This document shows, piece after piece, positions 26,625 to 37,700 of a stretch of DNA of 64,000 nt (position 1 is the stretch's first letter; the number at the start of each line of letters is the position of its first letter). The position numbers and the translations under genes were made by a program. The stretch lies in the NCBI GenBank assembly GCA_028534125.1, contig CM052817.1:33730001-33794000 (forward strand), in the 5' to 3' direction. The DNA is from Lama glama (lineage: Eukaryota). The notes below the pieces were generated by a model, which saw only the letters and a program-made list of their open reading frames with translations, had not been told where the DNA came from and did not search any database.

Positions 26625-27940
26625 TTATAATTTTGTTTTAATACTTACAAGGAAAAAGGAAATGGAGGCTGAAAGTGGGTAAATAAAAAACTTCTCAGGG
26701 TCACACAGAGGATAAGCAGTAGGGCCCTGTCCCCAGCACAGGTCTGGCTGATGCAGAAGAGTTCTTTACTGCATCATGTTTTCTACCATATCAACCTTTA
26801 GAATCACCAGAAATTTATGGATTAAGACAGGAATGAGACTGCAAACATCAGCCAATAAATAGTGCAGTCAGCCCAATCCCCACCTGAAATTCTTGTGTGA
26901 AAATCTCACTTTCTCCTATCCTTCTGCTGACTTCTAAAGACTTCCTGCATTGAAGCTGGCTTTTGACCCCAACTGTGCCCTCCAATGCATGGACCCTTCC
27001 CCTGTCCCATCAGATTCCCCTGTCTTTCCTAGATTCATTTTTATAGCTTTTCTCTTGTAAATACAGCCAACCCCTTCTGTTACCTTTCTGTCCTACCTGT
27101 CTCACAATTCTGGAAAAACCCAGCCCCAACCACCTGCCTTCTCCATGCCTACTCCCAAACGATTGAGAGATTCAGGAGAAAATCTCATAGATTGATATCA
27201 TTTCAAATATGCTCATTTCAGTAATGTTCAATAATCTCTATGCTGCCTGGTAATCTTATTGTGTCTTTCTAATCTGCTTACTCTCCTTCACTCCACAGAT
27301 TCCAGACCTCTCCATTTCTCCAACACCCCTCACTCCGGGCTGATAACTTAGCTTTAACCGCTCAGAGAAAACAGGTACGGTTCAAGAGGAGCGCCAGCCT
27401 CTTCCCACCGCCATATCCACACATCTCACGGCATCTGCACCTCCCTCACCTGGCCAGTGATCTGCTGCTGTCAGCTCAGCCAGGGCTGAGGACTGGGGCC
27501 TCCGTTCTCCACAGGGGCCTCCCTGGGTCCCAAAGGCAGCTTGCAAGAGGGAAGGGTGATTGGATGACTCACTACCTTTGGTGACCTCCCTCAAAAGTCA
27601 TGCAGCATCTTTTCCAATGTGCTCTACTGGCTAAGGCTGTTGCACAGACCTGCCCAGGGACTAAGGGAGAGGGGTATTTGCTTCACCACTTGATGGAGGA
27701 AGGGCAGGTTCTGGAAGTGCCTGTGGGCAGATCTATAATCCTGATCATTCTAGGAAAGAACTATCTCCCATGACTTACTCTTTTTCTTCCTAGTCATCAT
27801 TGAGGGTCTGGTTGCAACATCACCCTCCTCCCTAGATTAGGTGCCCCAGAAATAATCAAGGCATTTCCTTTGCTTTTTTGTGGCTCTTATCATGATTTTA
27901 CAGCGTACAGTGTTTTCTGTGGCATTTTTGTTTGCCATCT

Positions 27941-28087
27941 GTTTTTTTTAATCTTTATTTATTATTGAAGTGTAGTTGATTTACAATGTTAATTTCAGGT
28001 GTATAGCAAAGCAATTCAGTTATACACATACATACATACATACATACACACATACATACATGTATTTTCAGTTTCTTTTCCATTACG
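27941..28087 (-). mobile_element. Short L1 3'UTR insertion inside L2
   Basis: TSD TGTTTGCCA(T/G)CT at 27929-27940 and 28088-28099; TTGAAGTGTAGTTGATTTACAATGTT. Confidence 0.85.
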
Positions 28088-28099
28088 TGTTTGCCAGCT

Positions 28100-28255
28100 A
28101 TTGCTTCTTGTTTGTCTCTGACATAGACTATAAGCTTCTTGAGGACAGGACTGTGTTTTTCTCATTCACCACTGATCTGCAGCACCTATCTCAGTTCCTG
28201 GCACATGGCAAGTGCTAAATAAACACTCATCAAATGAATCATCTAATAAATACTG
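28100..28255 (+). mobile_element. L2 3' end
   Basis: AGACTATAAGCTTCTTGAGGACAGG...CCTGGCACATGG..AATGAAT. Confidence 0.8.
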
Positions 28256-28506
28256 AGTAAAAATCTGCCTCTCTCCAACCCCCAGCTCTCCCCACCAAAA
28301 AACCCCATGAATTAAAGTGGTATTTGGTCATGAGTTCATTTTGAATTCATACATTAAATGACTGCAGATGGAAAGAAATGGAACACAACTTGCAGTTACG
28401 ACTTTGTAAATGGCTAAAAACATCTTGGTGTTGATTCTACTGTTGTTGGTAGATGTTCAACCCAGAAAACCACAGCATCACACAGGCATTACTCCAAGGG
28501 AGGCTC

Positions 28507-28752
28507 TTTTTTTAAATTTTAGTTTTATTGAAATGTAGTTGATTTATAATGTCAGTTTCAGGTGTACAGCAAAGTGATTCAGTTGTACATATAGATACAC
28601 ACACACACATATTTTCAGATTCTTATCCATTATAGCTTATCACAAGATATTGAATTTAGTTCCCTGTGCTATACAGTAGGTCCTTGCTGTTTATTTTATA
28701 TATAGTAGTGTGTATCTGTTAATCCCAAACTCCTAATTTATTCCCCCTCCCT
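28507..28752 (-). mobile_element. L1 3'UTR fragment (artiodactyl type)
   Basis: TTCAGGTGTACAGCAAAGTGATTCAGTT; AGTTCCCTGTGCTATACAGTAGGTCCTTG. Confidence 0.9.
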
Positions 28753-29592
28753 CAAGTGAGCTTCTTTTTAAACCAGAGGGAGATTTTATTTGAGAGGCTG
28801 TTGGCTCAAAGAGCCTGGTTGTTACTCAAAGGGTGGATGTAGTAACCTCCAGCCAGAGGGGATCTGGAGATGTCATAGAAGAAACTCCTCTCCCTGAATT
28901 TTCAAACTGCACACCTTCAGAGACTTTTGACATCCAATCAAATTAAAGAGGTATAATTAATTTCTTTAAAGTCAGAATCCTAAACTGTTAGGGAACAAAT
29001 AGTACAGTTTTAGGGGGAGATGAGATGAGGACATTGGTGGGTGGGGACCCTGAAGAAGGGGGATCTGGTGGGATGGGGGATGGGGGAAAGTATTGAATAA
29101 GGACAAGCTTCTTGCCAGGTGCTTCGCATCATCATTTCATCTAAAGCTTGCTGCAGTCCTGTGAGGTAGGGAGTGGTACTCCTGTGTGAAAGACGGAGAG
29201 GTAAAAAAGTGTCAGGAATCTTTTTCCCAGAGGCAGTGGTTCCCGAGCCTGCACATTTTTTCCTGTACCAGACCCGCAGTGTCAAACAAGAGGCATCAAC
29301 GAGCTTTTATTGTGGGGTCTCAGGCGCACTGAGCACTGAGTGAATGGTGGTCCAGCAGGAACCACACATACTGCATCCACTTGGGATATGGTTGTGATAC
29401 AGGCCAATTTTTCCAAGTCTTGAAGTTACAAGATTCGACAGATGCCAGTGGCAGAACAAAATAGCATGTTATTTCTGAATGTTGATTTTCCAAAATGTAG
29501 CAAAACCCTGAAAAATCTTCTTATCCTATTCTTCAAGGAAATCAGAAATGACCAGAATTATACATGAGGATGGTCACTGTGGTGTTACCTAC

Positions 29593-29642
29593 AAAAAAAA
29601 AAAAAAAAAAAAGGAAGGAAAGAAGGAAGGAAGGGAAGGAGG
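29593..29642. repeat. A20 run followed by (GGAA)n purine tract
   Basis: Read directly. Confidence 0.9.
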
Positions 29643-30951
29643 AGAGACTCCAAGATGCTACATGGGTTTCTCTCTGATAAGTTGAATTATGGGCATTTTA
29701 AATGATTTTCTTTTTGCATTTGTAGTTTGGATTTCTAACAAGCGTGTAATATTATATATTTTTTCTAGTAGTAGGTGTCATCTCCTAGTGTCCTTTCAGA
29801 CTGCTCATAAAGGTGACCTTAACCAGTCCTGCCTCTTACCCTTTGAATGTTCTCGAACAAGTTGCTTACATTTCTTTGTGTCTTGGTTTCTTTATTAGTG
29901 AAATGGGGATGATAATGTCTGTGCTATTTAATCTACTGTGTTGGAAGAGCATTGCATGAAAAAATGTATGCAAAAATACTTTGGAAAGAATCAATATGGC
30001 ATGGATATAAAATGTTCTTAGTGTGGTTATTTCTGGTCTTGGTAGGGAAGTAGGACACAGGGGTGGGATCTAAGAACAGGATGGAATCATCAGTTCACCT
30101 CTCACAAGCTACGAAATTGTCTTAAGGAAGAAAATGACTTTTCTGATTCAGACAGTGCTGCATTCTTTTATCAAGTTTCTGATTAAGATTAAAAGATTTC
30201 TGCTAAACTCTGGAAAACAAAATATGAAATGTGTTTCTTTTTCTGTTACATTAAGTTAATTTTATTATCTGATGCTCAAAGTTAAAATGTCTCCTACTGA
30301 GCCGGGTTTTTCTTTTTGGCTTCAGATACATTCATTGTGACATTTACCCACATTTTTGCATTTGTATTCAAAACCTCCCAGAGAATATATAACCATGATT
30401 ATTCTTTTGTTATTTTTTTTAAAGTTACTGTGATTGCATTGTTAATATGCTTCAGCTCTTGGGCCCTGCTGGTTTGTCATCATTAGACACCTTCATAGAA
30501 CTCTACTAAATAAAAAAAAAAATCACATGATGAAGATAAAACCACTCATTTAAGGCACTTTGTATGAATTAAGTAATGACAGTGGAGTCACATAACTCTT
30601 CCTCAAGTATAATTCTGAAGCGCTTTTGTGTTTCTTGGCATTTGAATATTTCATTGTCAGCCTCTAGGATTATGGAATGAAAAGACAATATGAGTTTTTG
30701 CTGTTGTATAATGTGTATAATATTGAAGATAAATACTCATTAATCTTTGCTTTCAACTTATTTACACCTCCTCCTTTTTTATTGTTAGACAGTGTAACTC
30801 CAGCATTACAGACCATTTTGAAAAATGAGCAAAACACAACCATCTCATCATTTGAATTTAACTACTTTCCCTTTCTCGTATTCACCGTCCATCTTTCTCC
30901 CTTCATGTACACAGCTTTCCATGGCTGCAGACTTAGTATGTATACAGTTTT

Positions 30952-31089
30952 TGTAGGGGGGTGGTAGGAGGTAATTAAGTTTATTTATTTATTTAATTTA
31001 TTAATTTATTATGGAGGTACTGGGAATTGAACCTAGGACCTTGTGCATGCTAGGCATGTACTCTACCACTAGAGCTAAACCCTCCCCCT
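30952..31089 (-). mobile_element. tRNA-Ala-derived SINE (Vic-1-like), full length
   Basis: Head, (TTTA)n linker and GGAGGTAATTAAG tail; TSD TGTATACA(G/A)TTTT 30939-30951 / 31090-31102. Confidence 0.9.
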
Positions 31090-31442
31090 TGTATACAATT
31101 TTGAATATGAATTTTTGGAGTTGCATTTCAAAGAGGGTGCTTTTCAGGTACAGAAAAATTGCCCAAGTTATATCTCTACATTTCATCAAAACTTGACTAT
31201 GTTCGAAAAACCCTGAGATCAGGAGACCTTGTGGGAGGGAAAACCCTCTGGATAGGGGGTCGGGAACAAGCCCTGATGCGGTGGTGACTGATATCTTCTC
31301 AGATGGTCCTTGATTAAAATTTTGAGTATGTTTAGCTCCTATTTTGATGAAAATCCTCTGCTTTGCAGTGTCTCAGAACAGTTTCAACAACGCAATGGGT
31401 TTCGCAACTAGGGTAAACTCACATGCTACCGTGTTTCAGGTT

Positions 31443-31930
31443 TGTGGTAGGTGGACTGCAAACATGGCCCCAATCTTTCACCCCTCCTTATATCTTCACC
31501 CTTTGCAACCTGACTTCACAACTATTCCCACTAAGATATAGAATCTGTTTCCCCATCCCTGGAATGTGGGCTGGGCTCCTGGTAAGCTTTGACCAATGAG
31601 ATGCAGTGGAAGCGACTGAGTGGTAGTTCCGAGCCTAGGACTCAGAGATTGTGTGCACACACACACTAGCCTGGGCTAGCCTGCTGGAGGAGGAGAGACT
31701 GCGGGGATTAGGGCCAAGTCAGCCCAACAGAGGTCTGGGCCCCAACCAACCGCCAGCTGATCAGAGATGCTTAGGTGAACCAAGGAAAGATGTGCCAAGG
31801 CTGACCTAGATGAGCAGAAATGTGGCGAGGCTGGCTCAGCTGAGAAATCATTACCTAGTTGCTATGTTAAGCCACTAAGTCGTGGGTGATTTATTGTACG
31901 GCATTATTTTGGTAATCCGTAACTAATATA
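31443..31930 (+). mobile_element. MaLR LTR (MLT1F/G/H-like)
   Basis: TGTGGTAGG..CAAACATGGCCCCAA start; TTAAGCCACTAAGT...TAACTAATATA end. Confidence 0.8.
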
Positions 31931-33070
31931 AAGTTCTATCACATTTTGACATTTTGCACAATTCTAATTTATCCCTTTGGGTTTCTATTGTTACAATAAG
32001 TTGTCATATTGGAGTGGGGGTTGTATAGAGAGGACATATACTTTGCTTCCATTGTCTTCATCCATCCTCCACAAGAGGCTAAGGATTGGTAGACACTATA
32101 GATTGAGAAGTATTTCGAATCCCTATTGAATACTGCAGCTCAGACAATCTACCCTCAGGCTCTCAAGATTCTTTCTTCAATAGGGTGAATGTGAGGCAGG
32201 ATTGACTTTATTTTATTTTTTCCTTTTTTTTTATCAAATCTATCAAGCCTATAATCTCTTCTCAACAGATTTTCAAGTGAGCGGGAAACTGGAAAAGATA
32301 AATGAAAGCTGGAGTGGTGTTGTTAAAGGAGAAATGATCTCCATAGCTGCCAGGTACCATCTAATGAACCTCAGAATCAGGCCGGGGCTCTGATAATAGA
32401 AACGCCCAATTCACAGGGATCTAACAAAACCACCTGGAATTTAAGCAGTTCATCCTTTTGTAGGGGAGGTGCTGCTGCTGCTTTTATTTATTTTCATTCT
32501 AATTTTAAATGATTTAGGGTCTAGATGTACCTTCATTCAGATGCAGTATTTCTCAGTACAGTATGTGTAAGTCAGATTCCTCGTAGGGAATTATGTTGTT
32601 GGTGGGCTCATCTCACAGGCCAAGCAAGTCCCCAGACAGAGCAACAACCCCTCAGCAAGCAGCGAGGACAGCAGCAGCCAGTCTCGTCCTGCACATGCCA
32701 CTGCGTCTCTGATTTCTTGTGAATATGCTCTGATGAAGAGGTTGGTACGACCCATCTGAGGAAGAGGGAGAATGAATTAAATCTGCTCTTCCTCCATTTT
32801 TAAAAGATTCATTTTATTTGTTCCATTATAAAAAATAGCATACAATTATTATCCTTTTTTAATTAGAAAAACTATTTCTACTGCTTTCACACATCTTATT
32901 GTTGAGGAAACATTCTTACATGTATAACTGAGGTAACGTACTGTCACACGCTCTGTTTAAAGGCAAAGCACCCCAGGTAAAGCTGATTGGCTGTCCAGGG
33001 CACACACCTTATGGGATCTCACTTCCTGATTTTACATTAATTTCTGAAAGTCAGAAATGTCATCTCCAAA

Positions 33071-33269
33071 CAGTATGAAGTTTCCTTAAAAAACTAAAAA
33101 TAGACTTACCATATGATCTAGCAATCCTACTCCTGGGCATGTATCTGGAGAAAACTGTAATTGGAAAAGATACATTCACCCTAGTGTTCATAGCAGCACT
33201 ATTTACAACAGCCAAGATATGGAAGCAACCTAAATGTCCATTGACAAATGACTGGATAAAGAAGACTTG

Positions 33270-33307
<38 letters not shown>

Positions 33308-33766
33308 TGGAATATTACTCAGCCATAAAAAGAATAAAATAATGCCATTTGCAGCAACATGAATGAACCTAGAGATTATCATACTAAGTGAATAGTCAGA
33401 CAGAAAAGACAAATACCACATGATATCACTTATACGTGGAATATAAACAAAAATGACACAGATGAACTTATTTGCAAAACTGAAGCAGACTCACAGACAT
33501 AGAAAGCAAACTTATGGTTACCATAGGGGAGAACAGGGATAAACTGGGAGTCTGGGACTGGCAGATACAAACTACTATGTACAGAATAGATAAACAGCAA
33601 GTTCCTACTGTATAGCACAGGGAACTATATTCAATGGCTTGTAGTAACCTGTAATAAAAAAAATATGAAAAAGTATCTATATGTATAACTGAATCATTAT
33701 GTTGTACACCAGAAACTGATACAACATTGTAAATTAACTATATTTCAATTAAAAATGTTAAAAAAA
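33071..33766 (+). mobile_element. 5'-truncated young L1 (ORF2 end + 3'UTR) with internal (TG)n
   Basis: ORF VFIAALFTTAKIWKQPKCPLTNDWIKK...MEYYSAIK; poly(A); TSD AGAA(ATG/GTA)TCATCTCCAAA on both sides. Confidence 0.95.
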
Positions 33767-34259
33767 AGAAGTATCATCTCCAAAAATGTTAAGGGGATTC
33801 CAAAAAAATCACTGCATTCAATATTATAGCTGTAGTGATGGAGAATATTTTCTTTAAGAAATGAAAAACTAAGAAGAAAATGCCACGGAACACCACTGGC
33901 TTGTCAGTCTAGGTACGCAGAAAAGGCATTGCTGTAAGCCTGGCTACTTGATACCTGGAAGACACTCTAGTCCAAGCTTTTAACATGCTTCCTATGTTTT
34001 CACTAGATGTTTCTTTTCTGCTGCTTTTCCCTCATCCTTTTCCATATTTCACACCAGAGGACGTGGTATAGCCTTTAAACTCCCCGAACAGGAGCAAATC
34101 CAGTATCCTCTGATTTCTTCCCAAAAGGCACTCTAACCCAGCAAATAGCCCAGCGCTTCATTCTCCTAAATGCTCTACTCCAGTCATGAAAAAACTCAAT
34201 AGGACCCAGATGAATCCAATGAATAGAGGAAGAAATCTATTGAGTTTTGGAGTGTTATG

Positions 34260-34545
34260 TGCCTCGGATCAGTCAGGGATTATGAAGCCCAGACCTCCCA
34301 CTGTAGACAGGGAGCTGGACGTGAGTCCTTCATAGCATTTTGTCCATTTACTCCGTAGGCAAAGACAGCTGTGCGGCTCTGCTGCGCATGCTCATCGGTA
34401 GTATCATAAATTATCCCTCCGGCAATAGGGAACTAAGACATCGCCATCAGAGTGCATACCGTCACTGCCTAGGGCGTGTCCACCCAGGGCGGCGTCTTCA
34501 GCCTTGGGTTGGGGCGATCGAGCACTAAGAATGGACTCCGTACAA
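34260..34545. promoter_or_regulatory. CpG-retaining promoter/enhancer-like segment with near-consensus NRF1 site
   Basis: About 15 CpGs counted by eye in about 280 bp of unique DNA; TGCGCATGCTCA at 34383-34394. Confidence 0.45.
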
Positions 34546-34924
34546 AGCCTCTGTATTGATGGCAGCAGGAGTGGTGCCCCACAATTATTTTTTTTTAAGT
34601 TGTAAAATACAGAAAAGTTGAAGGAAGGAAAGTAGACCCTCATAATCCTATGAGTAGTTTTGGAGCATTTATTTCCAGCCTTACGGATTTTTTTCTAGAC
34701 ATAATTGGAAATGCAAATGAATAAACAAACGGAAGACACTCACATAAAACCTGAATAAGGGGAAGAACAAAGTCAGAAGTTCAAGTGGATCTGGAAGCAC
34801 ATGGTCATTCCCTCCTCTAGAAAAGGAGGGCGATCACGGTGTCAAAGGTGGTGGTGGACACAGCAGAGTGAAGTTGTGGACGGATAGGCTTAGGGTGGGA
34901 CCTGGCAGAGAACAAAATTCACCG

Positions 34925-35135
34925 TTAACAACAGAGCGATCATCAATGTGGAGCTTCGTGAGTGCGAGGTCCTGTTTTGGTCACTTTCTTTATGTTGACT
35001 CATTTGATCCTCCTGTGAGTAAGGTGTTACTATTATCCCCATTTATACAGGAGGAACTATTAAGTAAACTTTCCCGAGGGTGGAGCTGGGGTTCAAATCC
35101 ACGCCGTCTGTTTAGTGTCTGTGCTCTTAAACGCT
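34925..35135 (-). mobile_element. MIR SINE
   Basis: CTCATTTGATCCTC..TATTATCCCCATTT.TACAGGAGGAACT..GAGCTGGGGTTCAAATCC. Confidence 0.75.
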
Positions 35136-35589
35136 CCGTGATGATTTTATTAGTTTCTTTATTATAATTATCAATCTGAACTCCCCACAGGACCCCACAG
35201 CAGGCACCTTGGCGGTTTAGGAGCCCATTTGACACAGCTGTGGAGAATTTCACCTGGCCATTGCAATCATTTATTGGCTTGCAAGCACGTTCCTCCAAAT
35301 CTGAAATTGGCCGTTTGTCATTACTATTCATTTCTTCTATCGCCTATCAGTACCTTTTCTTCTTTGCACTTTTCTTGCAGAACACATTAAATTATATTCA
35401 GACGGCAGTCTTGGGGGAAACTTCCCTATCCTCCCTCATCAACAAAGCTGATGGATGGGCGCGAAAGCCCCGGGGAAGCAGCATCTGCTGTAACTCAAGG
35501 ATCCCCGCCCGAACTGAGGGTGAAATTAACAGACATGGAGCAGTTTGCAGCTCAACATTTGTGCAAGTCTGGCACATGCACACATCATT

Positions 35590-35653
35590 AGCAACTCTAT
35601 TTGAGAAGCAAGATCAAGGAGGTGAGCAACTCTATTTGAGAAGCAAGATCAAG
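35590..35653. repeat. Perfect 29-bp direct duplication (period 35)
   Basis: AGCAACTCTATTTGAGAAGCAAGATCAAG at 35590-35618 and 35625-35653. Confidence 0.95.
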
Positions 35654-36869
35654 AGGGGATCTCATTAAAGGGATAGTCAAGAAAGAGGAAATTCAGAGCG
35701 TTTAGGTAAAGCTTCATGGCTAAAATAAATTAACCAGGGAGCAAAGCAAATAGCCAGATACATTTGGGAGGTGTCGACAAGACAATTTGGATAATTTTGC
35801 CTCTGCACCTCCCAAAATAAAGTCATGTTGTGCATTGAACTCCCCAGAATGGCTGCCTCTTTCACCTAGCTCCGCAGGCTAAAATGAAGCCTTTATGAGG
35901 ACAAAGATTTTGCTGTCCTGTTCATTGCTGTAATCTGAGCTCATAGAACTTAGAATTAAATATTCATGGAATAAATTAATATATACTTGTTCAAAGCTTA
36001 CCTTGACCCGAGCTAGGCAGATAAGGTTTAGGATGTTCAGCAGGAATCAAAGCAATATGCATGCCGGAAAAATGGTAACCTCGAACTAAAATTGATTCTT
36101 AATTAAAGTATATGGAATCAGTGGTGGAATATTAGTGGAATGCCTTTCGTGTGCCCACCATTATTCTAGGCGATGGAGGAGATAACAATAGAAGCACAAT
36201 CACATTGTGACTGGCCCGGCACGTTCTAAGTTTATTACTGATGGCTTCCTATTGGCCAGACATGTTGTAAGTTCATTACTAGCATTAGTGTGTTCTATTC
36301 CCTCAACAGCACCTATGGGGTAGGTAGATAGGTACGTAGGTATGAGTGTAATCATCTCCATTTGAAATACTAGGCAATCGGTGCCATGCCAATTTAGTAA
36401 CTTGCCCAGAGTCTTAGGCTAGCAAAGGTGGAGCTGGTAGTCCCTTGGCCATGCTCTTTACTGCTGTTCTCTGTGTTCTCAGCCCATCAGGAATTTACTT
36501 TTCATTTGAGGACACAAAGGAACACATATGAAGCAGAGAACAATTAAGTCTTACACTCTGTGGCCCTGGCAGCAAAAAGGGAGAGCAGCAAGTGTAGGCT
36601 GGAGTTTTGAGAGAGAACTTCTGGAAGGATGCTGTACTGGATCTGTTTTGAGCTTCATCGCTGGTGTTTTCGTACATCCATCTCTCCACCCACCCATCTA
36701 CTATCCACTCATCCTCCTGTCCACTTAGCTAACAAGCATTCACTGGGCTCCAACTATGTGCCAGGCCCTGAACACAGAGGTGGCGGATTTTGTGCTGTAG
36801 TAGTCATATTTTAGCAGTCTTAGCTTCTCTGCCTGAGAGGGCTGAGATGAAACCACACACACACTCACA

Positions 36870-37700
36870 CAGAGGGCCTTCCCTAGGAAGGACGGTGTGG
36901 TGCTGTCTGCCAAAACCGAGAATGCTCGTACCTTAGTCCAGCAATCCCACCTGCTGGAATTTACCTGTGGTGAAGGGACCTGTGCACAAAGGCATTCTCT
37001 GCACTACTGTTTTCAACATCAAAGTATTTGAAAAGCCACACACTCATCAAAAGGGAACTGCTTATCTATTTCATATATGGTAGTTAGTATTTATCCCTCC
37101 ACTCCCTCATTTCCCCGCCTCCCCACCCCTCTGCCCTGTAACTGCAGGTGTGTTTTCTGTCTGTGAGTTTCTGTTGTACAGCACAGGGAACTATATTCAA
37201 TACCTTGTAACAGCCTATAATGGAAAAGAACATGAAAAGGAGAATATATATATATATATTCTGAGTCACTATGCTGTACACCAGAAATTAACACAACACT
37301 GTAAACTGACTATACTTCAATAAAAAAAAATTAAGAAAGGGAACTGCTTAAATAAAACAGGGTAGTACACCCAAAGAGATTACTAAGCAGCTATAAATAG
37401 GAGTGAAGAAGCTAAAATGAGAATATCTTTAAAACATTTAAATGAAAAAAAAATAACAGAGCATATGGGTAGTAGGCTACCATTTGGATAAAAGATGGAA
37501 AATACAAACATGCTCAGTAGGATATCTAGAGAATATCTCTAGAAAGATACACCAGATACTGGTAACACCTGCAGCTTTCAGTGGGGAGAGCAGGTAGTTG
37601 AATGGCAGGAGGGGCAGGAGGGATTTTCACTGAATACCCTTTTGTGTGTTTGGAATTTTGAACCTTGTAAATGTATTGCCTATATTCTCCTTCCCCAAAA
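36870..37700 (+). mobile_element. Old L1 (L1ME-like) 3' region, interrupted by a younger L1
   Basis: CCAGCAATCCCAC..GGAATTTACC; TTTTGAACCTTGTAAATGTATTGCCTAT. Confidence 0.65.
37065..37335 (+). mobile_element. Young L1 3'UTR insertion with 5' inversion
   Basis: 15-bp perfect TSD AAAGGGAACTGCTTA 37050-37064 / 37336-37350; 37065-37174 antisense, 37175-37335 sense + poly(A). Confidence 0.9.

Noticed and set aside
35590..35653. 29-bp direct repeat as CRISPR-like
   Set aside because: Only two copies, a 6-bp spacer, and a mammalian context
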